Shown here: piece after piece, positions 25,130 to 39,095 of the stretch | Layout of the letters: each line of letters opens with the position of its first letter | Numbering within the stretch: the first letter of the stretch is position 1 | DNA from: Octopus vulgaris | Lineage: Eukaryota | DNA: 64,000 nucleotides | NCBI GenBank assembly: GCA_951406725.2 | Contig: OX597818.1 | Span: forward strand, 87,544,001-87,608,000 | Direction of reading: 5' to 3' | Position numbers and translations under genes: made by a program | The notes under the pieces: generated by a model | Seen by the model: only the letters and a program-made list of their open reading frames with translations | What the model was told of the DNA's origin: nothing | The model's database searches: none

Positions 25130-26620
25130 GAGAAGATCTATCGATCTAGGGTGGTCACTCTCGCCCGGCAATGGGCCGAGAGGAAACTGTCCCTATCGAG
25201 CGGAGGTATACATCGCGTCCGTCATCTATACCGCCTGACCGTCGTATCTACCATCACCAAACTACAACGCATCCTCTTTCGCTTCTGGAAAGGATCGTAT
25301 GGTCAGGCTATCATTTGCTGTCAACACCCTTAAAAGGAGGGCTGGTCATGCCGTGGTTGATGATGCGAAGACACGCGCTGAGACTGCGGCATCTCTGGCT
25401 CTATGTAGACGACGGTGAACAGGTCTGGTCGCCGTTTGTGAGGCACGCTTTCCCGCAGCTCGTCTCCATGACCGAACTGCAGTCGTGGATCAAAAAGAGG
25501 CCGAGGAAGGGCGAATGGCACCGCGAGTGTCGCGTTGCTCTCAAGCAACTCTGCCGTCCTGGGTCGACCTTAAGTGACTTCAACACAACCAAAGCATTCT
25601 ATAGGGGTTTAGTGGAGGGGAGGTACGACGACGAGCTCGGGGCGAACCTGGACGTCGACGAGGAGTACCTGACCCGCCTGTTCAGGACGACTTTCGGGCC
25701 AGGGCCCATGGACAACTTCCAGAGATCTGGCAGTGCTACCGAGAAGCGCTACCCGTTCGGGATAAGCTCTACAGACACGGCTCGAGAAACACGGGGCCGA
25801 CCTGCCCGAGATGCGGTCAGAGCGACGAAACCGTTCTGCACGCACTCGTTCAGTGTCCAACAATTTCCGACCTGTGGGCTTATGTCGAACAACTGCTGTC
25901 ACGTGTGGGACGAGTCGGTTTATCAGCTGAGTCTATCGTCAATATTGTCACGCCTCCTTCCTTCAAACGGGAAGGAAGAGCTATTTTCATCATCCTTGTG
26001 GCTATGGCGAAAGAATGTATCTGGTGGACGCGTCTGAAAGGATTGGAGACAAACACTTTCCTCTCTGGTCAATCTCTCATCAACTTCTTCAAGTACCACT
26101 TGAAAAGGAAAGTGAGAGTAGAGAGGCAAGTTTTGTCTAGCGAATGTTTTAAAAAAAGATGGGTGAATGTAGCAAGAATGGCACGTATGAATGACGAAGC
26201 CACCTTGAGCATAGTCCTATGAACCCAGAAATCGAAAACAGAGAGTTGCTTATTTGCAAAAAAAAAAAAAAAAAAAAAGAAATATAAAATGTGACTTTAT
26301 TGACCGAGGTTACCGTGGTCTTTTCCGTAGGCTTTTCTTTCCACGAGTAAACCTCACCTGTCCTCCCCTTTACACTTCATATTGACATTTCTGTGATAAC
26401 GATCCCTATTGATCAATTTTTTTTTTTTTTTTTTTTTTCCTCCCCACCTTTTTTTTAAACCCCCTTTTTTTTGTCCTCTTTCTCTCCTTTTACGATCCCT
26501 TTTGATCGAAACCCCTCCTTCCTTTTTTTTTTTTTTTTTTTTTTTAAACCTTCAAAAGAAAAGCTCTACCTTGTAATTTGTTCTATCTGTGTGCAGCCCT
26601 GTGTGGCTAATAAAGAAACA
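25129..26620 (+). mobile_element. L1/Tx1-type LINE, 5'-truncated, inserted in (TATC)n
   Basis: KGGLVMPWL; after a frameshift ALPVRDKL..TCPRCGQSDETVLHALVQCP (CX2CX7HX4C knuckle) and KECIWWTR; stop at 26222; pyrimidine-rich 3' UTR, AATAAA, then (TATC)n. Confidence 0.88.
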
Positions 26621-26708
<88 letters not shown>

Positions 26709-26774
26709 CATCTCTCTATCTATCTATCAGCTAATTCTTCATTAAAACATTTTATTGTGACATAGCATCATTTC

Positions 26775-26877
<103 letters not shown>

Positions 26878-27129
26878 CATCTCTCTATCTATCTATCAGC
26901 TAATTCTTCATTAAAACATTTTATTGTGACATAGCATCATACAATTAGGCATATACATAGACTTGAAATATTTATACGTTGCATTGAATCCCTCAAATCT
27001 TCAGGTTCTACCATAATTTATACAGACAAATATGCCACTATATTGAGGTACATAAAAGATACATAAAAAAGGAAACGGAAAATACACTACTAATTTCAAT
27101 ATTATTCAAAATATTCGTATATTTCCCCT

Positions 27130-27410
27130 TAAAGACCGTAAATTTAACGCTTATCGTATCAAGCATGTAACGCTAAGATTCAGAACTCCAAGTTTCTCGA
27201 TAGCATCGAATGCGGTTTTATTCAATTTTTGTTATCATTCCTTAGCTGTCGTAAAGTGTTTGATAAAAGAAAAACACGGGGGTAAAATACGTTACGATAA
27301 ACGACGAGCGACAGCGAAAATAGAATAAAATCGCATTCGATGCTATCCAGAAACTAGGAGTTCTGAACATAGGTATTCAATGCTTGTGTTATTTTAAAAT
27401 TTAGTCGTCT
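27130..27410. repeat. imperfect long inverted repeat (MITE-like)
   Basis: TTCAGAACTCCAAGTTTCTCGATAGCATCGAATGCGGTTTTATTC pairs with GAATAAAATCGCATTCGATGCTATCCAGAAACTAGGAGTTCTGAA. Confidence 0.7.
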
Positions 27411-28004
27411 ATTCCCAACGATATTGAGGTCTACTTCTTTGGTAGTTACATGTGGTTTATTGGTATGTATGTTTTGTATGCATGTATGTATGTATGCATG
27501 TATGTATGTATGTATGTATGTATGTATGTATGTATGTATGTATGTATGTATGTATGTATGTATGTATGAATGCATGTATGTATGTATGTATGTATGTATG
27601 TATGTATGTATGTATGTATGTATGTGTGTGTGTGTATGCATGCATGCATGCATGTATGTATGTATGTATGTATGTATGTATGTCATTGTTTAGTTTTCAG
27701 TATGTCATTATTCAGTTTTCAAGATTTCTTGCCAATAGAGAAAGAACCGGTTTCTAACCTAGATCCTAGTTTCCTTCATTGGAATTTCAACACCAACAAC
27801 AGGGCATTTTTTATGTATGTATGTATGTATGTATGTATGTATGTATGTATGTATGTATGTATGTATGTATGTATGTATGTATGTATGTATGCATGCATGC
27901 ATGTATGTATGCATGTCTGCATGTATGTATGTGCAGATCTGTATGTTTTATGTATGGATTTTCATGCATATAGTTGCATATCTCGACATGCTGATATATA
28001 TTCA

Positions 28005-28405
28005 AATAGTGAACCAGTGAGATATCCTTCAGACTTCATTAACATGAATGACAAGGGATTGACAGAAAATATAAACAACATCACAGACAAGCTGTCTCCT
28101 GGGAATATGCCTTTGCAATACTGTATTCTCTCCGTGAGAATACAGTCACGCTTTGTGTTTAACTTCAAGATGGTGGCCCACGATGAAGTCAGGTCAGCTA
28201 TGGCATTAACTATTCTCACTGGAGCTTTAACAAGTTGAAGGGCTTCTAGCATCCACGAGTGGGGAACAGAGTCAAAGGTTTTCTTGCAGCCTAATCATAT
28301 TGAAACTAGGTTCTTCCTATGCTCTCGTACCTTTGACATTACAGTTTTGTTGATTAACAATTGCTCGGCACATGCCTAGACTCCCTTCTTCCCAGGTTTC
28401 CCAGA
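28005..28405 (-). mobile_element. RT-domain fragment of R4/Dong-like LINE
   Basis: KKTFDSVPHSWMLEAL...KGIFPGDSLSVMLF (RT motifs for KAFD and GI.QGDSLS). Confidence 0.85.
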
Positions 28406-28508
28406 TGATCGTTCTGTTATGTATGTGTGTATGTATGTATGTATGTATGTATGTATGTATGTATGTATACACGGACACACACAGTCACACAGACACACAG
28501 ACACACAG

Positions 28509-28575
<67 letters not shown>

Positions 28576-28585
28576 CATACATACA

Positions 28586-28621
<36 letters not shown>

Positions 28622-28629
28622 TATATATC

Positions 28630-28806
28630 AAGTGAGAATTTACAAAAAACAAAGGACGAACACGGGTGTGTAAACAACAAACAGATATATTAGTTTAACG
28701 ATCGGGAAGTGAGAAAGTCTTTTACGTTTCGAGCCTACGCTCTTAGACAGAAAGGAACACAGTAATAAACAGCGAGAGAAAATAGAAAAACGAAATTGTA
28801 GTCTGA
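28630..28806 (-). mobile_element. short (TA)n-flanked element with hammerhead-like motif (28719-28754, core damaged)
   Basis: Homologous to 38905-39082; minus strand CTTT-CTGTCTA-A-GAGC(gtag)GCTC-GAAA-CG-TA-AAAG. Confidence 0.65.
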
Positions 28807-28831
28807 TATATATATATATAAATATGTATAT

Positions 28832-28884
<53 letters not shown>

Positions 28885-28963
28885 TACATATATGCATATA
28901 TACATACATACACACACACATATATATATATATACATATACATATATGCATATATACATACAT

Positions 28964-29016
<53 letters not shown>

Positions 29017-29029
29017 CATACATACATAT

Positions 29030-29097
<68 letters not shown>

Positions 29098-29806
29098 GTA
29101 CATACATAATGTATACTTTAACAAGAAGAATGGGGTGAGAAATTCGTTTTATTTCATAATCCAAAAATTTTCATCGGATTTATATGTAGACATAAAGAGT
29201 CGATATTTTCAAGCACTGCAGGAATATTACTGATTTGATGTATTATTTCGTATATTACATAGTAATATTCCAGTAATAAAGTTTTGGTAAAATGTCGATG
29301 AAAGAGTTGTTGAATAATGCAATAAAATAGGTTGCCCACTCTACTTTCTTCTTAATATATATATATAAACTCTCTGGATATTTACAGATTTTCGGATATC
29401 ATCAGTGAAGCGATCCATTTTCGTTAGATGATAGCATCTGATAGCCGATACAAGTAGACGAACTTAATCAAGTAAACTCAAAGTTTGTATGTTGAATGAT
29501 ACAAATATGGAGACTCACATACAACACTTCAAGTTTGTGGTCAACGATATGATGATCGCTGCATATCTTCAGCTGTCGTAAGCTTAGTGACATATACAAA
29601 ATAAAGAAAAAAAACACGTATCACTAAAGAATATTACAGCCGAATAAAGAAAATTTGGACCTCAGAAGTCTCTGCATTCAATAGAACAGTGACCCTCAAT
29701 GTATTTGCTGTGCAAGTACTCATACCAACATTTGCACAGCTGATATGAAGACAAAACTCCCCTCTGATCGTGCGAGGGAAGCATCTCTTTTCAGTTTGAT
29801 TTGTCA

Positions 29807-29887
<81 letters not shown>

Positions 29888-29891
29888 TATG

Positions 29892-29920
<29 letters not shown>

Positions 29921-29922
<2 letters not shown>

Positions 29923-31175
29923 AATTGCAGAAACAGAAATAAATGTGTGTTTGGTAATCAATGCCTCAGGAAAGAGGTAGTTTACCAATGCACTGTGGAT
30001 AAACAATTTAGTAGTAGGGTGTATATTGGAGCAACTATGAATAGCATGAAACAGAGACTTAATTATCACAGATATACTTTTAGAAATAAAAATAGGATGT
30101 ACTCTACAGGGTTAAGTGCATACATTTGGGAACTCAAAAGTAAGAACTTGGATTTTAGATTAAATTGGAAAATACTAACTTCGGCACCTGTGTATAATGG
30201 AAAAAAATAAAAAATGCTCTCTATGTATTAATGAAATTTTTTTCATTATCAAAGCGGGTAGGCATATTATTAACAACATAAATGAAAAAAATTTTTTTTG
30301 CATTCATAGACTACCGTACACTTTTTCTAGATTCAAATAGAACTTAGCATTTCTACTGGTAATATTTTAACTCCCTTCTGTATCTAACTATACTAGTGGT
30401 CTTCTACAATTCTAAAACATGCAACTTATCAACTTATAAATCTATAATTTTTTATAATTTTGTAGCTACAAATGTATAAAAATATATATGTCCAGTATTA
30501 ATTGCTTTTTGTATATGGGGTTTTTTGTCTTGTTTTTTTTTAGGGTAATACACTATGGCATGAAATATTATATTCATTTTGGTATTTGCTTTGTAATATG
30601 TGATTCTTGAAGTTTTCTAATATTACAGAGTGTGTATGAATATCATAGTTAGATACCTAGCCCCTGATAATATAATACTATTATGTAATATATGAGAGTC
30701 TTTTGGGAGTTTGTTTGTATATGTTGAGAACTTGGGTTTTTGTATGTGTTTATTTGGCAGGCTTATATATTGTAAATTTGGTGTATCTTTGTACTCACCT
30801 TAATCTGTATCTTAGGCTTTATTAACATACCTTTTCATTTTACTCACATTTGGCTCTATAAATATTAGCAGCCTTATATATTTAGTCTGTATTTATAGTC
30901 TTCTGGATTTGTACATTATGTTATTCATCTATTCTTTTTTTACTCATTATCTATAGGTATAAATTTACATAATATTAGCCTGTATACTAAGTTTATATTA
31001 GTACTTTCTTTAATATATATCTTCACTTTATTTATGTTATTTATTTACATATATACTCTTTTAAGCATATATGGATATATACATATTAGCATTACTACAT
31101 ATTAGGTATACCTGCATTTATGCATTTATCTGATTTTGTTCTCTAGTGTATCTATCTATTCATTTAGTCATCTAC

Positions 31176-31219
<44 letters not shown>

Positions 31220-32170
31220 TTATTTAAGTGTAGATATATACATATATATAAATTTTTTTATTTTAATAATTAATATGTATACATGTATACTGGTTTGTAC
31301 TTATATTATGTATTTAATTTTTAATTATTTCTTCTTTTTTATTTTTTATTTTATCACATTTTTAACTTAAGTATTTACAATTTATTAACTTATAATTAAT
31401 TTAATTTCTGTTATTTACTTATATTTAACTGTATTAGTTAGTCCCCGGTGCGTTTGTTTACATCTGATAATACACAAGAGTATGTATATCTGAGTGTAAT
31501 TCTATTAGCTCGTAGGTTAGGTTCCTTGTTGGTTAAATATTAATATTATAATGGCACTGGATTTATTACGTTGAAAAGAGATATATATTTACTATAAAAA
31601 ATTAATCTATAATTTATAACTTAGCGTACATGCGATTATAACAAATTACCGTGTAATTAGTAATCGTTATGTTGACTACGGAAAATAACCGGTGTTCACA
31701 TACTGCGTATACCCTGCAAAAATAACATTCGATGTCGTGATATATAAATATATGTATCTTTAAAACAAATATTTTATGGAAATATATGAGTAGATCTATG
31801 TTGTTATTTTGTGGCATGTTTTTAGTTTTGAGAAGCTCAATGCCTGCATGGATGGGATTATACCTCTTTTATTATTTATTTGTTTATTTATTTATTTATG
31901 TGTTGGATTTGATTTGTGGATATGTATGTGTATGAGTCTATGTGTGTGTGTATACATATAATTATGTATGTATGTGCGATTGATCTGTGGATGTGCGTGT
32001 GCGTATGTGCGTTTCTTGACTAACTAACCGTAAAATTTCTTTTGTGATTCAAATTTTAAACTATAAGCCAATCGAATTAATCTAGAATAATCAATATCAA
32101 GCGGACAGAATAACCAGACACTTAGATATGTAGATATCCGATGGATGTACTTGGTGCAGACATAACTGTA

Positions 32171-32213
<43 letters not shown>

Positions 32214-33038
32214 ATTAATAGTAATTATTATTGACTTTTACAGGTTTATAATTTTATGAACTGAAATGTGGTTTTTTATTACTTTTCATGTATAAGTCTG
32301 ATTTTAATTTAAATGTGAGTGTGCATATATCTTCTTGTGTGGTAGTCTTTAGAACTATTAACTCAATATGTAGAATAACTGAACTTATTAATATATATTG
32401 ATACATATTTTGTTTTATTTTGTTTTGTGTATCTTGTATTATTGTATTAATGAATATATATATATATATGTAGTATTATGGTGTCTATGCACACGTTTTT
32501 ATATTTTACATTTTTATATTGATATGTATAGGGAAAAAGTTTTTTTTCACAATTATAATTTATTAAATTCTCTGAAGAGGCCGTGGGGCATCCTTGTTAA
32601 TGTCTCATTTATACCTGCCTTATATGGCTTATAGGTTAAATGAGGCATGATTGCCCTTACTGCCGAAACAGCTGTCAGATATGATATAATTACATATTAT
32701 ATTTTATATTTTATATTTCTATTTCCTTGTCTAATTATATTTACAATATATTATGTATAATGCCTTTACTGTTTTGTAATGGTGTAATAAAGTATTGATT
32801 GGGTATCATCTGTTGGTTGATGTTTGATTGATTTAAGTATGTTTCTCCATTTTCTAATTTTGTAGAATTAATTTACGGTAATATTTTTACCTTTGCCCAT
32901 ATAATACAGTAGATGGACTAATTGCTTGGCAATTTTTAACATTTATGTATTAGTCTTGTTGGGTACCTCTCGAGAAGTATATTGGATATATGTTATCCCA
33001 TGGTGGGTTGAATTTTCAACCCCTATCTCATTTTATAA

Positions 33039-33042
<4 letters not shown>
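29921..33042 (+). mobile_element. Penelope-like element 3' part: GIY-YIG endonuclease remnant (29923-30340), long AT-rich UTR, HHR-bearing pLTR
   Basis: CRNRNKCVFGNQCLRKEVVYQCTV..VYIGATMNSMKQRLNYH..STGLSAYIWELK..WKIL; frameshift in an A-run; then KCSLCINE..CIH..FK*. Ends in (TA)n. Linkage of the UTR and pLTR to the ORF is inferred. Confidence 0.8.
32569..32679 (+). ncRNA. type I hammerhead ribozyme with extended stem II
   Basis: TCT-CTGAAGA-GGC..GGGCA..ATGTCTCATTTA/TAAATGAGGCAT..TGCCC..GCC-GAAA-CAGCTG-TC-AGA; GUC cleavage site after 32676. Confidence 0.85.
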
Positions 33043-33090
<48 letters not shown>

Positions 33091-33099
33091 TATAGATAT

Positions 33100-33307
33100 A
33101 TATCCACTCCGCCATCTCTTCAGTTATCCGGCCATCGAAAAAAATTTAAAGAGACCTCGATGTTATGTAAATAGAGGAATTTATCTGTAAATTTTTTCCG
33201 ATGGCCAGATAACTGAAGAGATGGCGGCGTGGATTTCCTCCCCGACATCCGAAAATCGGAGTTTTATCATGGCTACCGAATAATTGTCACATATTACATT
33301 TACAGAT
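33100..33307 (+). mobile_element. rearranged copy of the 10743-10990 HHR family (HHR at 33208-33268)
   Basis: GATAA-CTGAAGA-GATG...CATC-CGAAA-ATCGGAG-TT-TTATC, preceded by inverted pieces of the same element; (TA)n on both sides. Confidence 0.75.
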
Positions 33308-33378
<71 letters not shown>

Positions 33379-33793
33379 CACACATACACATATGTGTGTG
33401 TGTGTGTGTGAGTACTACCGCCATCAGTCACATGTAGGTATGACATGGTAGCATATATTATACTTTCGTAAATTGCTTTAGGTACCAATTTAGCTGTGAA
33501 TGGATGTTTTCTCTTTCAGAGTTTCTAACTATACCACTACAGCGTTATCTTTAAAACTTTATTGTGAACTAAATTCGGTGAAAACGCGTTTCCAACTGTT
33601 TAATATGTTGCATTCACGATCGCGACAGCGTGGATTTGAATCCAGGACCGGGCGAAAGACTTCACCTCGTCTTGCCTCAGCCCACTCAGCTGCAAATGAG
33701 TAACCCTGCGACATGCTGGCGTTCCATTCAATCTCGTTCTCTTATACTTCATAGAGATCGGGTAACCCTAGGACTCGCGACTATAATGTCAGA

Positions 33794-33841
<48 letters not shown>

Positions 33842-33877
33842 AACGATGATGAGGATGACGACGATGATGACGACGAC

Positions 33878-33924
<47 letters not shown>

Positions 33925-34494
33925 CGATGATGATGATAACGACGACGACGATAATGATGATGATGACGAGGATAACGATGATGATGATGACGATGATGAC
34001 GATGATGATGATGATGATGATGATGATAATGATGATGATGATGAATAATTAAAGTACAGTCACTTTAACCTAATTATCAATTCATGATACTCAGCACTTT
34101 AAATTATTTTCTCTTGCTTCATTTAGTTTTAATTATGCAAATTTCGCTTGTCCAAAATGTACTAAAATCTTTATGTCTTTTTATATGTGTGTTTTTGTTT
34201 TTGTTTTTGAGAGGGATTTTATTATCATTTTTTTTTTGTCATTCCTTTACAGAATTCAAACCGGTCAATAACGAAGTAGCAAAGTTCTTTGTTTTTAAGT
34301 CAAGACGGCTCTTGGGGTTTCGTGGTTATTTGAATCGATTTGGTGGATGCATATAAGTGTATGTGTACATGTGTGCGAACATATGTGTGTGTATGTGTAC
34401 GTATGTGTAAGCATATGTGTGTGAGTGAGTGCATGTGTGCATATAGTGAACTCAGTGGGTGTGCGTGCTTCATTTTCTGTTTATGTGTGTGTAT

Positions 34495-34539
<45 letters not shown>

Positions 34540-34701
34540 CAAACAGTTCATATATATATATATGATTTTGTGCATGTGTTTCACCGTATGTATGTTTACG
34601 TTTAGATATGCATGCAGACACATACGCGCGCGCGCACACACACAGACTCTCAATCGTACATATATATGTGCATAAACATATATACATAGACACATAAATA
34701 C

Positions 34702-34742
<41 letters not shown>

Positions 34743-34861
34743 TACATACCTTCTAACCTACATGTGTACATATATAACCATATATGTGTGCGTATATATG
34801 TATGTGTGTGTGTGTGTTCGCGCACATGCGTATGCATGTGTATAAATGCATACATACAGAG

Positions 34862-34909
<48 letters not shown>

Positions 34910-35046
34910 GAGAATTTAATTTTTAAAATTAATTCGTAATTTATTGAAATTATTCCTCTTTCCTTCGATCTCTTTCTTCACTGTAGAGTATTGATAGGTT
35001 TTTCATTTAATTTTTCAAAGAGAAAGATTTCAATTCGTTCAGCAGT

Positions 35047-35077
<31 letters not shown>

Positions 35078-35149
35078 CTTTGCATACATCATTCAGTCCA
35101 TTCTAACATTCTTCACTGAATCTCACTCTAAGACATTGACTGGTGTTTG

Positions 35150-36042
35150 TAGAATTCATACCAGGTGTTGGAGTTAAATTTGAGACTTTGAGCAAAGGAA
35201 ATGAAAACATAATATCCCATTCAAAAATAGATGTATTAAAAAAAAATTAATATATCAGTTAGATTATGGGTAGGAAATAACAGTTTACTCAAAAAGTAGC
35301 TGCCCTCGACTTCAATCACGGCCTCAAGACGGCTCTGGAACTAGGCGCATGGGTTTCTCACTGAGTCGCTCGAATGATACCCGAATGCTATGATCTTGAC
35401 AACCAGCTCGTTCTTGATGTTGCAGGCAGAGTATTTGGTGTAGTTTTCAACTGCACCCCACATATAGTAATCCATGGGGAAACAATCGGGAGAATTAGGA
35501 GGCCAGAACTTGTGGTGGGTGAGGTTGTAGGAATTTTTCGACAACCACGTCTGGCTCTTTCCCGGAGTATAGCAAGGAGCCGAAATTCAGCTGCCACATA
35601 CATATGGCCACCCAGCAGCAACCCTCTCCAGCCAAGGATTGGCCATAGTCTCCAGATGTCTGAATTGAGCCTAAGGCACTGTTCAAAGATGTGGGTTTAA
35701 ACTCTGGCGTGCGGACGCAGTCAGAACGGCTGCCGTGTTCCTTCCCGCTGACTACGGTTTCGTAGTCTCCGTTGCAACCGTCCATGTCACGTCTTACAGC
35801 CTTTACAGCGTTCACAGAGCATTAAGCAACAGTTACGAGGTCAGTATTTTGATACCCGGCACGAACCATCATGATGCAGGTAACTCTTATCCAATATTAA
35901 GATGGCTTCCTGTCTTCCATGTCAGCTAACTTTTTCTCAACTAGAATTTTAATCCTTATGCTCTCCAATATTGCTGACTATTCACCATAAGATGTTCCTG
36001 AAGGAAACAAAAATATCGTCAAATTTATCCCGTACATCGTAC
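35150..36042 (-). mobile_element. Tc1/mariner superfamily relic (DDxD type), internally deleted
   Basis: FWPPNSPDCFPMDYYMWGAVE and RSDCVRTPEF motifs; multiple frameshifts. Boundaries are approximate. Confidence 0.75.
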
Positions 36043-36340
36043 ATATATAGTATATATGTAGAGTATGTAATTGAGTGTCAAATAAATCGTTGTTTTTTTT
36101 TTTTTTACTCTACTTGTATTATTTCAAATATTTGAATTAACGCGACAAATATTTTTTTTTATCTTAGAGTTGCATGGTTTTTGTAGCGCTCTTCTTTACA
36201 ACTTTCCTTTAAGGTTTTAAAATTTGAATAAATGTTACCTCTTTTCAGACAGATAAAGAAGAAGTGCCAAATGGTAAAAAACAAAACAAGAAAAGAAAGA
36301 ACAAAAATGAACGAAAGGCGAATCTATCTGACAACCTAAG

Positions 36341-36388
<48 letters not shown>

Positions 36389-36506
36389 ATATCTTTTAAA
36401 CTAGTTTACAGGAAACATTTTGAATATGCAAATAAAGCTTCTATTCCATTAACTAGTTTTTTTTTTGGGGGGGGGGGGGGTTACATGATATTATGTAGGT
36501 AAATAA

Positions 36507-37180
36507 AGCGGCGAGCTGGCAGAAACGTTAGCATGCCGGGCGAAATGCTTAGCAGTATTTCCTCTGCCGCTATGTTCTGAGTTCAAATTCCGCCGAGGTC
36601 GACTTTGCCTTTCATCCTTTCGGGGTAGATTAAATAAGTACCAGTTACGCACTGCAGTCGATGTAATCGACTTAATATCTCTTTGTCTGTCCTTGTTTGT
36701 CCACTCTATACTTAGCCCCTTGTGGGCAATAAAGAAATAAGAACCGTTAGCACGCCGGACAATAGGCTTTGCGGCATTTCGTCTGTCTTTACGTGCTGAG
36801 TTGAAATTCCGTCGAGGCTGACTTTACCTTTCAACAACCCTTTCGGGGGTGGAAAAAATAAGTACCACTGAAACACTGGGGTCAATGTTATCGAGTAACC
36901 CTTTCCCACCAAAATTTCATGACTTGTACCTTTAGTAGAAAAGATTATTTGGAACTTAGAAGACAGCGAGTTGGCAGAATTGTTAGCACGCCGAACAAAA
37001 TGCTTAGCAGTATTTTGGCAGTCTTCATATTCTAAGTTCAAATTCCACCGAGGCCGACTTTACCTTTCATCCTTTCGGGGTCGAAAAAGTAAGTATCAGT
37101 AAGACAACGGAGTCGACGTAATCGACTTACCTCTTCCCCACAAATTTCATACCTTGTACCTTTAGTAGAAAAGATTATTT
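36507..37180 (+). mobile_element. three consecutive SINE family A copies
   Basis: Repeated GTTAGCACGCCG...GAGTTCAAATTCC...CCTTTCGGGG units. Confidence 0.8.
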
Positions 37181-37424
37181 AGAACTCAGCATTGGATGTT
37201 CTCAGTGTATTTGGACGCCTAACTGCAACAGATTATCAGGAAAAACACTTTATTGTAATCTGTTACAGAGATCTAATACTTGTCAGACACATAAGCATTA
37301 CAAAATATTTTTTTAATGCTAAAATACCATAATAAAAAAAGGGAAAACAAGACCATGTTCTAACTTTATTCATCTGAAATATTCTATACACATTCACACA
37401 AAATCGAATATATATATATACACT

Positions 37425-37621
37425 CTTTTTACTTGTTTTAGGTATTTGACTGCGGCCATACTGGAGCAACGCCTTTAGTCGAGCAAATCGACCCCAGGAC
37501 TTATTCTTTGTAAGCCTTGTACTTATTCTATCGGTCTCTTTTGCCGAAGCACTAAGTTACGGGGACGTAAGCACACCAGCATTGGTTGTCAAGTGACGTT
37601 GGGAGGACAAACGCAGCCACA

Positions 37622-37705
<84 letters not shown>

Positions 37706-37868
37706 CGACGGGCTTCTTTCAGTTTCCGTCTACCAAATCCACTCACAAGGCTTTGGTCGGCCCGAGGCTATAGTAGAAGACACTTGCCCAATGTGTCACG
37801 CAGTGGGACTGAACCCGGAACCATGTGGTTGGTAAGCAAGCTACTTACCACACCGCTACTCCTGAGCC
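37425..37868 (-). mobile_element. SINE family B, full-length
   Basis: Reverse complement of the family B consensus with internal (CA)n(TA)n. Confidence 0.85.
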
Positions 37869-38169
37869 TATATATATATATATATATCTTGACTCTTCTT
37901 CCTCTACAACTTTTGTTTATTATTTTTGAAATTTGAATAGTTCTACCTTTTTTCAAACATAACGAAGGGGTGCCAAGCCGGAAAGAAAACAACAACAAAA
38001 TAAATAGATAAATAAAAAAGCTTCCGAGCTTAACTATCTATCCAATCGTAGTTAAAATATATGAAGTATAGTTAGTCATATTGTCTATCTCCAGGTCAGG
38101 TTTGATCAAACAGAACTATGTTCAAAGACGTTCAAACTGTGATAATTTCGCCATGTTTTTAAAAAAAAT

Positions 38170-38405
38170 CTTTTATCTTTTATCTGTTTCAGTCATTTGG
38201 AGTTCAGCCATGCTGGAGCACAACCTTGAAGAGTTTTAGTAGAATAAATCGATCCCAGTATTCAAGTTCTTTTTTTTTTCTTTCAATCTGGTACTTATTT
38301 TATTGATCAGTTTTGCCGAATCACAAAGTTTTGGAGACGGAAAGAAACCAACTCTGGTTGTCAAGTGGTGTGGGTAGACAAACACACACGCTCATGCACG
38401 CACGC

Positions 38406-38475
<70 letters not shown>

Positions 38476-38610
38476 GCACACACACACACATATTCGACGG
38501 GCTTTCAAACAGTTTCCGTCTACTAAATTCACTCACAAGTTATTAGTCGACCCAACCCAGAACTGGAGTAGAAGGCACTTGTCCAAGATGCCACGCGGAG
38601 TCGGGAACAA
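38170..38610 (-). mobile_element. SINE family B, diverged
   Basis: Same family landmarks as the other copies. Confidence 0.7.
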
Positions 38611-38974
38611 ACACGAAGAAATATACATTTATGCATGCACACACACACGCAAACTTACACACATATACTTACATACACACACACATTTACACACACATAC
38701 TTACACACGCATGTTTACACACATACGCACATATATAAATAAGAGGATGTCAAGTATTAATACTAATACTTGACATCCTGTTACTTATTTTGATTCTATT
38801 CACCTTATATCGAGCTGTGCGTATAATACCGTACTGACTTGGGGCCTCAACTTAAGTACTTAATTTAACTGAATCTTAAATATATATGTATATATATATA
38901 TATAGTTGAAATTTACAGAAAAACAAAAGACGAAGACAGGTGTATTAGTTTGACGCTCGGGAAAGTGAGAAAGT

Positions 38975-39010
38975 CTTTTACGTTTCGAGCCTACGCTCTT
39001 CAACAGAAAG
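38975..39010 (-). ncRNA. minimal hammerhead-like motif with U at position 6 (within element 38905-39082)
   Basis: Minus strand: CTTT-CTGTTGA-A-GAGC(gtag)GCTC-GAAA-CG-TA-AAAG. Confidence 0.6.
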
Positions 39011-39095
39011 GAACACGAAGAAATAAATAGCGAGAGAATAAAAAATAAACTTGTGGATTTAGCGATCAGTCATGGCGACTGATATATAAATATAT

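Noticed and set aside
29381-29410. Minus-strand CTGATGA-TATC-CGAAA
   Set aside because: Stems I, II and III cannot be formed convincingly.
34230-34356. Strong splice-acceptor-like TTTTTTTTGTCATTCCTTTACAG followed by a short open frame
   Set aside because: There is no recognisable protein, donor site or partner exon; it needs RNA-seq.
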